Origin: an uncultured Lachnospiraceae bacterium
Lineage (GTDB): Bacteria; Bacillota; Clostridia; Lachnospirales; Lachnospiraceae
DNA: 56,476 nucleotides
Reading direction: 5' to 3'
Assembly: GCA_902783725.1 (NCBI GenBank)
Contig: CACZRV010000037.1
Span: 1-56,476, forward strand
The notes under the pieces were generated by a model. The model was not told the origin of the DNA and did no database searches. It saw nothing but the letters and a program-made list of their open reading frames with translations. The translations under genes and the position numbers were made by a program. Each line of letters begins with the position of its first letter. The first letter of the stretch is position 1. Below, one piece after another: positions 1 to 8,205 of the stretch.

Positions 1-144
1 CTTATAGAAAGAATAGCCGCCGGCGGTGTTGGAAATCAAAGAGAAAAAGCCTTCCATTCCCAGATAGTTGATCCAGGGATACGGAGTCTTCGGGGTAGTG
101 ATGACGTACTCTCTGCGGGAGTCATCAAAATAACCGTACTTCAT
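1..144 (-). CDS. GH94 cellobiose/cellodextrin phosphorylase, N-terminal 48 codons only (gene continues past the window start)
   Basis: Reverse translation from ATG (144..142) gives [48 protein letters not shown], the conserved GH94 cellobiose phosphorylase N-terminus. GGAGGA SD lies 6 nt upstream (151-156 on + strand). Confidence 0.75.
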   Translation of the reverse strand, partial: MKYGYFDDSRREYVITTPKTPYPWINYLGMEGFFSLISNTAGGYSFYK

Positions 145-431
145 CAAAGGTCCTCCTTCGGAAAATGAAAAATAAATCGCACAAGCCGGTTTCCCTCGGA
201 GCGAAAAGCACCGAAAGCCGATCCGCGAAAACAGCGGAAACGAACCGTCGCTTTATTATAACTTATGCGAAGCAACTTGTCACGCGGAAAAAGACACGGA
301 AACGCGGAAAATAGAAATATACGATATTTGAAGAGAAAGCCAGCAGACATGGAGATTCTTTGGTTAAGAATGGTCGGGTAATTTGTCATTTCTTCTCCAA
401 TCCCGCAGGAAGCAAAAAAAATGAAAATTGA

Positions 432-446
432 TGTGACAAAGTCACA
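432..446. promoter_or_regulatory. Perfect 15-bp palindrome TGTGAC-AAA-GTCACA, candidate operator upstream of the GH94 gene
   Basis: Read directly. On the minus strand it sits just downstream of a CATAAT -10-like hexamer, in the ~300 nt untranslated region ahead of the phosphorylase start. Confidence 0.35.
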
Positions 447-464
447 AACATTATGTAGCATTTG

Positions 465-815
465 TGTTATACTGCAGTCACAGAAACAAACAAGTTCTGT
501 TGTTTTTGTATTTCATGAATAAGCTGATTCATTACTTCTCAGAAGTAATTTCTCCCCCACACAAGCTGCGTTTCATAACTTCGGTTATGAAACGCAGTAA
601 CACTATTAGCGAAAAACGAGCGAAATTAAAGGGCTCCGGAAACAATCGAGATTGTTTCCGGAGCATTTTTAATGAGCGAGATACGGATATGAGCAAGGAG
701 CCATGTGAAACATGGCGAGATTGCGAATGCTCTACGTCGGTGCGGTATCAAGTAGGCGTCGAATTGCGGGAGCGCGAAGCGCGGAGCAATTCGTTTTTTC
801 GCTATTAGCCGTGAA
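465..815 (+). other. Hairpin-dense non-coding region (candidate structured RNA or sRNAs with two intrinsic-terminator-like elements)
   Basis: Extended -10-like TGtTATACT at 465-473. Perfect hairpins at 531-549, 566-597 (14 bp, UUCG loop), 633-664 (15-nt arms, followed by ATTTTT), 700-716 (7 bp, GAA loop) and 762-791 (followed by CGTTTTTT). Flanking segments 604-620 and 791-808 are partly complementary. The only ORFs here (464..808, 626..826) run through the hairpins and have no SD. Confidence 0.35.
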
Positions 816-837
816 TACGCAGTCATGAATTTTCCCC

Positions 838-876
838 AAAGGTGTCGTTCATCAAAAAAAGGTGTCGTTCATCAAA
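838..876 (+). repeat. Perfect tandem direct repeat 2 x AAAGGTGTCGTTCATCAAA (20-bp period)
   Basis: Copies at 838-856 and 858-876 are identical. A CATAAT -10-like hexamer at 905-910 lies ~29 nt downstream of the second copy, ahead of the secreted-protein genes. Confidence 0.8.
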
Positions 877-1077
877 GACTGGTTGCGTTTTCGCCCAAAG
901 AAATCATAATAGATTTAGCAACGTTGCAAATGAAAATTACAGCCTAAGAGAGCCGGATCGATTCGAAAAGATCAGACTCTCTAAAAGCGATACCTTCGGG
1001 AAAGAAATCCGGTGAAAGCAGAGTATACAGCTCTTTCCCGAGAGGACAAGAAAATAAAAAATGAAAGGCAGAATAAC

Positions 1078-1488
1078 ATGCATAAAGCATCAAAGTTGCT
1101 TGCGATTTTATTTGCGGCAGTATTATTATTTAATTCCATCGGTGTTGCGGAAGCCAGCACCAGCAAGCCTACGAGAGTCTGGGATTGGACGAAGGGAGCG
1201 TATTCCTTTGAAGGAACCGCTTCAATGGAAAACCTTTATACGAATTACCGGTTTACCAATATGTCCGTAGCGACCATTAAGGTTACAAATACGTCGTCCA
1301 ATGGGTCCGTTAAGGTGAAACTCAGAGCCATCGGACCGTGGTATCTCGGTGATAAGACCGTGAGTACAGTTACGGTTCCTAAGGACGGAACCACCACTTG
1401 GACGGTGAGAGATTTGGATCCCGACAAACAGTACTATATCATTTTCGAGGCACCTTGTTACTTTAAGGGGAACATTTCCAGACCATGA
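1078..1488 (+). CDS. Small secreted hypothetical protein (136 aa, beta-rich)
   Basis: Internal ATG of ORF 1012..1488 preceded by GAAAGG. N-terminus MHKASKLLAILFAAVLLFNSIGVAEA is a signal peptide. No recognisable catalytic motif. Confidence 0.6.
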   Translation: MHKASKLLAILFAAVLLFNSIGVAEASTSKPTRVWDWTKGAYSFEGTASMENLYTNYRFTNMSVATIKVTNTSSNGSVKVKLRAIGPWYLGDKTVSTVTVPKDGTTTWTVRDLDPDKQYYIIFEAPCYFKGNISRP

Positions 1489-1594
1489 GGTTCAAGTTGA
1501 TTCTCAAAATGGTCGGCCAGGCAGCCGACATCGGAATTCCGATGAAGTGCTGCTTTCGGCGCAACTGATACGATAAAAGAGAAAGGTAAAAACA

Positions 1595-3007
1595 ATGAAA
1601 TTCAAAAAATATTGGGGACTTTTACTGTGTGGGTTGATGATTCTCGGATTGATCGGACCGATGACCCAAACGGCACAGGCAGCGACACCGATAACAATCG
1701 GTCAGAATCAAACGGTAACGAAGACGACAGGACCTGCAGCGTCGAGCTATACGGTCACATTGACCGGGGCTTCTTCGCAAGCTCAGCTCAGGGGAAAGAG
1801 CGAATGGATTTCGTACACGAAGAAAAACGGCAAATATGAGATTACCGCGGCGTTTAATCCGAATGCGTCAACCAGAAAAGGCTCGATTATGTTCTACGAG
1901 GGAAATAAGACCTGGACGCTTCAAATCAATCAGACTTCGAACTCTCTTACCGGAGTTCCGACTTCCTATGCGGTGAGCAATGAGGCGAAGACATATTCCT
2001 TAAATGTAACGAGAGGTGCCGGCCCGGTTAAGTCGGATTCCTCCAACAAGGCATGGCTCACGACTTATGTCAGCGGAACTACGGTATACTATACTGTTAA
2101 GGCCAATGAGACAGGAACGTCGTCTCGTACCGCCAACCTTACCGTAACGGTAGGAAATATCACAAAGACGTGCAAAGTGACACAGAACAAGGCGCGGACG
2201 GACATTTCCTTCCCGTATCAGAGTGATATTGATGCCGACAACTGGACTTCAACCAGAATTGCCAAGCTGTCCGATTTTTATACAAAGCTGATCAATGGGG
2301 CGCAGAACCGCGGCGACACGAAAGCCAAGGACGCGATAACAAGAGCAAAGTACCTGACAGTGTTTTCGTGGAAATGTCTGAAGGATGTCACCTGGACATA
2401 CAGTTCCGGCAAAACGTATCTGGCGGGTCATACGTATTACGGAGCACCTTACCAGCAGGCGACAAATGATTCGCCTACAGATTACATCGGATATGAGATC
2501 ACGCCTCAGACGTTTGTAACCAGATTGCAGAATGCAAACGATAAGTTTTATACAAAGAGGACAACGAGCTCGGGAAATATGGGACCGTATTACGGCACCG
2601 ATTGCAGCGGATTCGTGTCCTACTGCCTGGGACTTTCCTCGAGAAAGACCTCGGGAACGCTCTACAGCGATTTCGCCAAACCGGGAGCGATTCAGTCCAA
2701 TATTTCCTCGGGAGATGTGCTGTATAAGTCCAATCATGTTATGCTTGTCGCAGCGGTGATTCGGGAAAACGGAACACTTAAGGGCGTTGTGCTGCTCGAG
2801 TCGAGAGCCAGAACGACGGCGTCCGGAAGAAACATCTATGTGTACTACGACAATGACGCAACTCTGCGCAAGCTGTTCAACAACGCGGACTTCAGCACTT
2901 GCAGAGATATTCTTCAGAATGTGATTGACAAGTCCAACACCGGAACGATTGCCAATTTTATAAATGCATTTCCGGCAGGAACGTATACGTTGATTCGTAA
3001 GAAATAA
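1595..3007 (+). CDS. Secreted protein with two Ig/BACON-like repeats and a C-terminal NlpC/P60-like cysteine hydrolase region
   Basis: Signal peptide ending in AQA. Two repeats end ...TLQINQ and ...CKVTQ. The C-terminal part carries YYGTDCSGFVSYCLG (Cys motif) and a downstream NHVMLVAAV (His), typical of NlpC/P60-type enzymes. SD AGAGAAAGG upstream. Confidence 0.6.
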   Translation: MKFKKYWGLLLCGLMILGLIGPMTQTAQAATPITIGQNQTVTKTTGPAASSYTVTLTGASSQAQLRGKSEWISYTKKNGKYEITAAFNPNASTRKGSIMFYEGNKTWTLQINQTSNSLTGVPTSYAVSNEAKTYSLNVTRGAGPVKSDSSNKAWLTTYVSGTTVYYTVKANETGTSSRTANLTVTVGNITKTCKVTQNKARTDISFPYQSDIDADNWTSTRIAKLSDFYTKLINGAQNRGDTKAKDAITRAKYLTVFSWKCLKDVTWTYSSGKTYLAGHTYYGAPYQQATNDSPTDYIGYEITPQTFVTRLQNANDKFYTKRTTSSGNMGPYYGTDCSGFVSYCLGLSSRKTSGTLYSDFAKPGAIQSNISSGDVLYKSNHVMLVAAVIRENGTLKGVVLLESRARTTASGRNIYVYYDNDATLRKLFNNADFSTCRDILQNVIDKSNTGTIANFINAFPAGTYTLIRKK

Positions 3008-3020
3008 GAGACAAAAAATC

Positions 3021-3055
3021 AGGGTGTTGTACCGGCTTGACCGGTGCAACACCCT
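3021..3055. terminator. Bidirectional intrinsic terminator
   Basis: Hairpin AGGGTGTTGTACCGG-cttga-CCGGTGCAACACCCT, flanked by AAAAAA (3013-3018) and TGCTTTTG. Lies between convergent genes. Confidence 0.7.
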
Positions 3056-3075
3056 TGCTTTTGCAACGAAACTTC

Positions 3076-3753
3076 TTACTCATTCGCCAGCATCGTGAGT
3101 TCCTCAATCTCACAGAGCCGCACGCGCCCGCGGGAGAGTTTGACGATGCCGGTGTGCTCCCACTGCTTGAGCATCCGGGAGACCACCTCGCGCGAGGAGG
3201 CAATGCTGTTGGCGATGCGCTGGTGCGTGGTGACCACGGACGCCGTGCCCTGCTGGGAGTACTCGAACAGAAGGTGCGCGGCAAGGCGCTGCGAGAGATC
3301 CTGGAACAGGAAATTCTGCATGTCGAAAAGAATTCCGTTGAAGAGGCCGAGCACGGAGCGAAGGACAGTATTTTCAATGCGCAGATCGGAGTGCAGCATG
3401 GTCTCGAAATCGGAGAGCGGCACGATGATGGCGCGGACGTCAACCTCGGCCTCCAGCTCGTAGTTGTTGAGAACCTGCGGCGAGGGGTTGCCGCCGATGT
3501 AAATGATGTCCTCGCGGCGGCTCACGGAGATGGTCACCTGGTGCGCGGACGCGGAGACCAGGGAAACTCTGGCGCGGCCCGAGAGAAAGGCGATCATTCC
3601 GATGCCCGTGCGGCCGAGGTCGGAAATCTTCTCGCCCGCGTACCAGTCCTTGATGGTGGAGTGGGTGCGGAGCGAGTCGGCGACGGCGGGCGTGATAAAC
3701 TCCCGGAACGGGAGAAGATTCAGTAAGGTTTTATAGTCACGTTCGTTTAACAT
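3076..3753 (-). CDS. Crp/Fnr family transcriptional regulator
   Basis: 225 aa from the internal ATG (MLNERDY...) with GAGGAG SD. cNMP-binding-like N-terminal half and C-terminal HTH (TTHQRIANSIASSREVVSRMLKQWEHTGIVKL). The longer ORF to 4035 has an Arg/Pro-rich, non-protein-like extension. Confidence 0.8.
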   Translation of the reverse strand: MLNERDYKTLLNLLPFREFITPAVADSLRTHSTIKDWYAGEKISDLGRTGIGMIAFLSGRARVSLVSASAHQVTISVSRREDIIYIGGNPSPQVLNNYELEAEVDVRAIIVPLSDFETMLHSDLRIENTVLRSVLGLFNGILFDMQNFLFQDLSQRLAAHLLFEYSQQGTASVVTTHQRIANSIASSREVVSRMLKQWEHTGIVKLSRGRVRLCEIEELTMLANE

Positions 3754-3935
3754 GGAAAACTCCTCGATGCGGAAAATGTGCTCTCCCCCCGGAGAACACG
3801 ACGATACCCCAAATGATACCATAAAAGTATCACATACGACATCCAAATTCAACCGGAAAAGGTTGTGAGAAGATGAAAACTGCGATATAATTTTACGTGA
3901 CAGCCGCGGGAAGCGGCGGACAAGGGGGACCGAAA

Positions 3936-4628
3936 ATGGTAATCGGACTGGTGATAGCAATCGAGCGGGAACTGAAGGCATTTCTCGCGGAGGGCGGAGA
4001 CGTGAAGACCGTGAAAGTCGGACGGCGGGAGGCATACCGCACGACGATCAACGGCCATGAGATCTGCGCGGTCCTCTCCGGTTACGGAGAGATCGACGCG
4101 GCTGCGGCGACGCAGTTTCTGATCACTGCATTTGACTGCGACGTTGTGATGAATTTCGGCGTGGCGGGAGCGCTTCGGCGCGGACTCGCCGTGAAGGACC
4201 TCTTTGTGGTTCGCGGCGCCGTGAACTATGATTTCGATACCTCCTGCATCGACGATGTTGCACCGCATCAATACATGGAGTATGCGGATGCGGTGATCCC
4301 GGTGGACGAGGGACTTGCGAAGCTGGCGCTTGCGCTTCGGCCGGACGCAAGACCGACGGTGGTGGCCAGCGGCGAGCGCTTCATCGAAGACCCGGCGGAG
4401 AAGACCGCGCTGGCGTCTCTGGGGTGCGACATCTGCGACATGGAGATCGCGGCCATCGCGAGAGTGGCGGAGCGAAACGGCGTGAGGGCATTTTCCGTCA
4501 AATGCATCAGCGACACCTTCGACGGTGACGGCGGCGACTTTCAGAAAAACGTCGAGGCGGGTGCGGCGAAGGCCTTCGGACTGCTTCGCGACATCCTGCT
4601 TCACATTGACGATACCCCCGAACTGTGA
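3936..4628 (+). CDS. MTA/SAH nucleosidase family protein (PNP_UDP_1 fold)
   Basis: Start MVIGLVIA after AAGGGGGA SD. Motifs SGYGEIDAAAA, NFGVAGAL, SGERFI, DMEIAAIA and VKCISD parallel the MtnN/Pfs conserved blocks. Confidence 0.7.
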   Translation: MVIGLVIAIERELKAFLAEGGDVKTVKVGRREAYRTTINGHEICAVLSGYGEIDAAAATQFLITAFDCDVVMNFGVAGALRRGLAVKDLFVVRGAVNYDFDTSCIDDVAPHQYMEYADAVIPVDEGLAKLALALRPDARPTVVASGERFIEDPAEKTALASLGCDICDMEIAAIARVAERNGVRAFSVKCISDTFDGDGGDFQKNVEAGAAKAFGLLRDILLHIDDTPEL

Positions 4629-4633
4629 TACAA
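4605..4633 (+). promoter_or_regulatory. Sigma-A-like promoter for mntP
   Basis: TTGACG (4605-4610), 17 nt spacer, TACAAT (4628-4633) with a TGa extended -10. Confidence 0.55.
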
Positions 4634-4691
4634 TGACGGCAGTCTAACGTCGGGGGAAAAGCCTCCGGCAACAGAGAGGAAGTCGGAGTAT

Positions 4692-5270
4692 ATGGGATAT
4701 CTGATGTTGTTATTGCTGGCGATCGCACTTTCCATGGATGCATTTGCCATGTCGGCACAAAAGAGCCTCCTGCGGGAGTTCCGCGGGCGGCAGATTGCGA
4801 CGGCCTGCGCCTTCTGGTTCGGTATGTGTCAGGCGTCGATGGTGCTGTGCGGGCGGTTGCTCGGCGGTTTGTTTGATAAGATCTTTCATTACCAATCCTT
4901 CATCTGGGTGCCCTGCGCGGCGCTCGGCATCGCGGGAGTATACATGATCATCGAGTCGTTGTGGACGCGGATTCCGCCGGAGCGGGATTCCATCGACGGC
5001 ATGAACATGGTGGGACCTGCGCTGGCCACGAGTCTGGACGCGCTTTTGGTGGGACTGTTGCTCGTTGCGGAGGATTGGAAGCTCACGATTCTGAGCCTTT
5101 TGATCATCGCGTTCGTGACGGCTTTGGTGTCCATCTTCGGCGTGTGGGTCGGACGGCGCAAGGGCACGCGGTACAACGAGATCGTGCAGATCTTCGGCGG
5201 ACTGATCCTCATCCTTTTAGGTGTGGAGAAGCTTCTGGAGAATCTCGGGGTCATCAAGTTCGTATTGTAG
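4692..5270 (+). CDS. mntP: Manganese efflux pump MntP (DUF204)
   Basis: 192 aa polytopic membrane protein. The N-terminal LAIALSMDAFA motif and duplicated architecture are typical of MntP. Confidence 0.75.
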   Translation: MGYLMLLLLAIALSMDAFAMSAQKSLLREFRGRQIATACAFWFGMCQASMVLCGRLLGGLFDKIFHYQSFIWVPCAALGIAGVYMIIESLWTRIPPERDSIDGMNMVGPALATSLDALLVGLLLVAEDWKLTILSLLIIAFVTALVSIFGVWVGRRKGTRYNEIVQIFGGLILILLGVEKLLENLGVIKFVL

Positions 5271-5303
5271 CAAACAGAATCGGATTTAGTGGAAACGGTC
5301 ACA

Positions 5304-5338
5304 AGCCGGGCATCAGCAAAAGGTGCCCGGCTCTATTT
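5304..5338 (+). terminator. Intrinsic terminator after mntP
   Basis: AGCCGGGCA...TGCCCGGCT hairpin followed by CTATTT. Confidence 0.55.
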
Positions 5339-5368
5339 AAATAACGATGTGCGTAAAGGAGAAACGGT

Positions 5369-8185
5369 ATGGTATTAAACTATGCGGATTACGAGGCACT
5401 TGCGCGGCGTGTCATCGCGGAGGGCGCGGTTTTGTTGAAAAATGACGGCGCACTGCCGCTTGGTTCCCCTGCCCGCGTGGCGCTCTACGGGCGCATGCAG
5501 AGCAGGGAATACATCGCGGGCATCGGCTCGGGCGGACTGGTAAACATCCCCAAGCGCGTGCGCATCCTCGATGCGCTGCAGGCGGAGGAGAGCATCACGC
5601 TGGATGCGGAGCTTCTGGAAATCTACCGCGCGTGGGAGGAGGAAAATCCCCGCGAGGTCGGCATCGGCTGGGGCAAGGAGCCCTGGTCGCAGGCGGAGAT
5701 GCCCGTTACGGCAGAGCTTGCGGAGGCGGTGGCGGCGCGCACGGACGCGGCTGTCGTTTTGATTGGTCGGAGTGCAGGCGAGGATCAGGACAACAAAAAC
5801 CTTCCCGGCTCCTACCTTCTGACCGAGGCGGAGGAATCTCTGATCCGCACGGTGTGCGCGGCATGTCCCCGGACCATCGTCCTGCTCAACACGGGTAACA
5901 TCATCGACATGAGCTTCATCGATACCTGCAACCCCGCTGCGGTGATGTACATCTGGCAGGGCGGCGTGATGACCGGAGCCGGTGTCGCGGACGTTCTGAC
6001 CGGTCGCGTGAGCCCGAGCGGACACCTTGCGGACACCATCGCGTACAAGGCGTCGGACTACCCGGCGGATGCGAACTTCGGAAGCCCGGTTCGCAACATT
6101 TATGCGGAGGATATTTACGTCGGATACCGTCATTTTGAGACGGTTGCAAAGGAGAAGGTCCGCTTCCCCTTCGGCTACGGACTCTCCTATACGACATTTG
6201 CCATCGAGCCCGGCGAGTCGCAGTACGACGGGGAGTATCTCTACGTCTCGGCGACGGTGCGCAACACAGGCGCGCACAAGGGACAATGCGTTGTGCAGGC
6301 GTATGCGGAGGCCCCGACCGGAGCCCTGGGCAAGCCCGCCCGCGTTCTGGCGGGATTCATAAAGACCGGCGAGATCGCGCCGGGAGAGAGCGAGATTGTT
6401 GTGATGACCATCGAGCGAAGAGACCTCGCATCCTACGATGACTCCGGCGTGAGCGGCCACGAGAACTGCTTCGTCATGGAGGCCGGAGAGTATGTCATTT
6501 TCCTCGGGGAAAATGTGCGCGATGCGGCGGAAGCTTTCCGCTTTACCCTTGCGGAGGACGAGGTCGTAGAGGAGTGCGAGTCCGCGATGAAGCCGGTGGT
6601 TGCATTTGACCGCCCGGTGGCGCAGAAGGCTGCCGACGGCACGTATTCCTACGTCTATGAGCCGGTGCCGCTTCGCACCGATTCCTTCGGTTGCGGCAGA
6701 GGCGCGGAGCCCGCGCTTGCGGATGCGCCCGCCTACACGGGCGACCGGGGCTTGCTGCTTCGCGACGTGCGGGACGGCAAGGTTGCGATGGAGGAATTTT
6801 TAGCGCAGTTTACGAACGAGGAGTTGCTGCCGTTTGTGCGGGGCGAGGGCATGGGAAGCCCGAAGGTCACGCCGGGAACGGCGTCCGCATACGGTGGAAC
6901 CAGCGAGGTCTTAAAGGCCCACGGAGTGCCCTGCGGCTGCTGTTCGGACGGCCCCAGCGGGCTGCGCCTCGACTGCGGCGACAAGGCCATGGCAATCCCC
7001 ATCGGAACGCTGATGGCGTGTACCTTCAACCGCGAGCTCGTGGCGGATCTGGCGGAGCAGGTCGGTCGGGAAATGCGCCTCAACAAGGTGGACTGCCTTT
7101 TAGGACCCGGCATGAATCTTCACCGCCATCCCTTCAACGGGCGGAATTTTGAGTATTTCAGCGAGGATCCGCTTCTCACGGGCCGCATGGCGGCCTCGGT
7201 GCTGGAGGGTCTGCAGCGCGCAGGCGTTACCGGAACCGTCAAGCATTTCTGCTGCAACAATCAGGAATTAAACCGCTACGCCTCCGACTCGGTGGTTTCG
7301 GAGCGGGCGCTTCGGGAGCTTTACCTGCGGGGCTTTGAGATCGCGGTCCGCGAGGGCGGCGCATGCACGATCATGACGACCTACGGCCGCGTGAACGGCA
7401 TGTGGACCTCCTGCGATGCGGAACTCAACACAAAGATCCTGCGTGAGCAGTGGGGCTTCGACGGCTTTGTCATGACCGACTGGTGGGCGGCCATCAATGA
7501 AAATGCAGCCACCGGCCGCGCGGAGACCGCCGGCGGAAGCCATACCAATTTTGCGGACATGGTGCTGGCGCAAAACGACACCTACATGATCTGCCCGGAC
7601 GGCTCGAAGAACAACCACGGCGACAATCTTCCGGAGGCGATCGCCTCGGGCAAGGTGTCCCGTGAAGTGTTGCTTCGCACTGCGGCAAATGTGTGCGGCG
7701 TTTTGATGCGACTTCCCACGATGCTTCGCATGTGCGGCGAGGACGAGGAGATCACGGTGCTCGGCCGCGGTCCGGAGTGGGAGACCATGGCGGACAGTAA
7801 CATTGAATACTTCACGGTGACCCGCGACACGACCATCGACCTGAGCCATGTCCGCGCGGTGCGCGGCGCCGACTATTCCTACGGTCTCGACATCGATGAG
7901 ATGGGCGGCTACGAGGTGGAACTCACGGTGACCGGCGAGGGCACGGAGGCAGCGCAGCTGCCGATTACATGGTTCTTCGCGGGAATCCCGGTGTTCTCCT
8001 TCGTGTTCCACGGCACCGGCGGGAAGGAGACATCGCAGAAGGGCAAGCTCTTCTTTAATTCGAATCACGCGGTTCACCGGATGCATTTTTCGTCCGACGG
8101 CCTGAAGCTTGTGAACATGCGGCTTCGTTACCTCGGGACGTTGGCGGAATGCATGGGCGACCCTGAATTTGTGCACGGCAACTAA
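5369..8185 (+). CDS. GH3 beta-glucosidase with permuted domain order (C-terminal-type domain first, catalytic domain last)
   Basis: 938 aa, no signal peptide. The GH3 catalytic block KHFCCNNQELNRY...LRELYLRGFE...TTYGRVNGMW...GFDGFVMTDWWA lies in the C-terminal third. The N-terminal part resembles the GH3 alpha/beta sandwich plus Fn3-like domains. Confidence 0.8.
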   Translation: MVLNYADYEALARRVIAEGAVLLKNDGALPLGSPARVALYGRMQSREYIAGIGSGGLVNIPKRVRILDALQAEESITLDAELLEIYRAWEEENPREVGIGWGKEPWSQAEMPVTAELAEAVAARTDAAVVLIGRSAGEDQDNKNLPGSYLLTEAEESLIRTVCAACPRTIVLLNTGNIIDMSFIDTCNPAAVMYIWQGGVMTGAGVADVLTGRVSPSGHLADTIAYKASDYPADANFGSPVRNIYAEDIYVGYRHFETVAKEKVRFPFGYGLSYTTFAIEPGESQYDGEYLYVSATVRNTGAHKGQCVVQAYAEAPTGALGKPARVLAGFIKTGEIAPGESEIVVMTIERRDLASYDDSGVSGHENCFVMEAGEYVIFLGENVRDAAEAFRFTLAEDEVVEECESAMKPVVAFDRPVAQKAADGTYSYVYEPVPLRTDSFGCGRGAEPALADAPAYTGDRGLLLRDVRDGKVAMEEFLAQFTNEELLPFVRGEGMGSPKVTPGTASAYGGTSEVLKAHGVPCGCCSDGPSGLRLDCGDKAMAIPIGTLMACTFNRELVADLAEQVGREMRLNKVDCLLGPGMNLHRHPFNGRNFEYFSEDPLLTGRMAASVLEGLQRAGVTGTVKHFCCNNQELNRYASDSVVSERALRELYLRGFEIAVREGGACTIMTTYGRVNGMWTSCDAELNTKILREQWGFDGFVMTDWWAAINENAATGRAETAGGSHTNFADMVLAQNDTYMICPDGSKNNHGDNLPEAIASGKVSREVLLRTAANVCGVLMRLPTMLRMCGEDEEITVLGRGPEWETMADSNIEYFTVTRDTTIDLSHVRAVRGADYSYGLDIDEMGGYEVELTVTGEGTEAAQLPITWFFAGIPVFSFVFHGTGGKETSQKGKLFFNSNHAVHRMHFSSDGLKLVNMRLRYLGTLAECMGDPEFVHGN

Positions 8186-8205
8186 TCAAAAGGAGCAATG
8201 AAGAA

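Noticed and set aside
144-826. ORFs 144..461 (-), 464..808 (+) and 626..826 (-) in the region upstream of the GH94 gene.
   Set aside because: They have no SD and implausible composition, and they run straight through long perfect hairpins and terminator-like elements. I treat the region as non-coding or structured instead.
838-876. Could the identical repeats be a CRISPR array?
   Set aside because: There are only two copies of 19 bp separated by a single base, with no spacers and no cas genes. No CRISPR array was seen anywhere in the window.
3037-3726. Plus-strand ORF of 229 aa overlapping the Crp/Fnr gene, and the 5' extension of the Crp ORF to 4035.
   Set aside because: The minus-strand frame from 3753 shows the cNMP-binding and HTH pattern and has a good SD. 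The alternatives have neither.
4629-4691. Possible yybP-ykoY (Mn2+) riboswitch upstream of mntP, a classic target of that riboswitch.
   Set aside because: The leader between the predicted promoter and the start codon is only ~50 nt. It lacks the conserved four-helix elements I would expect (about 100 nt or more).
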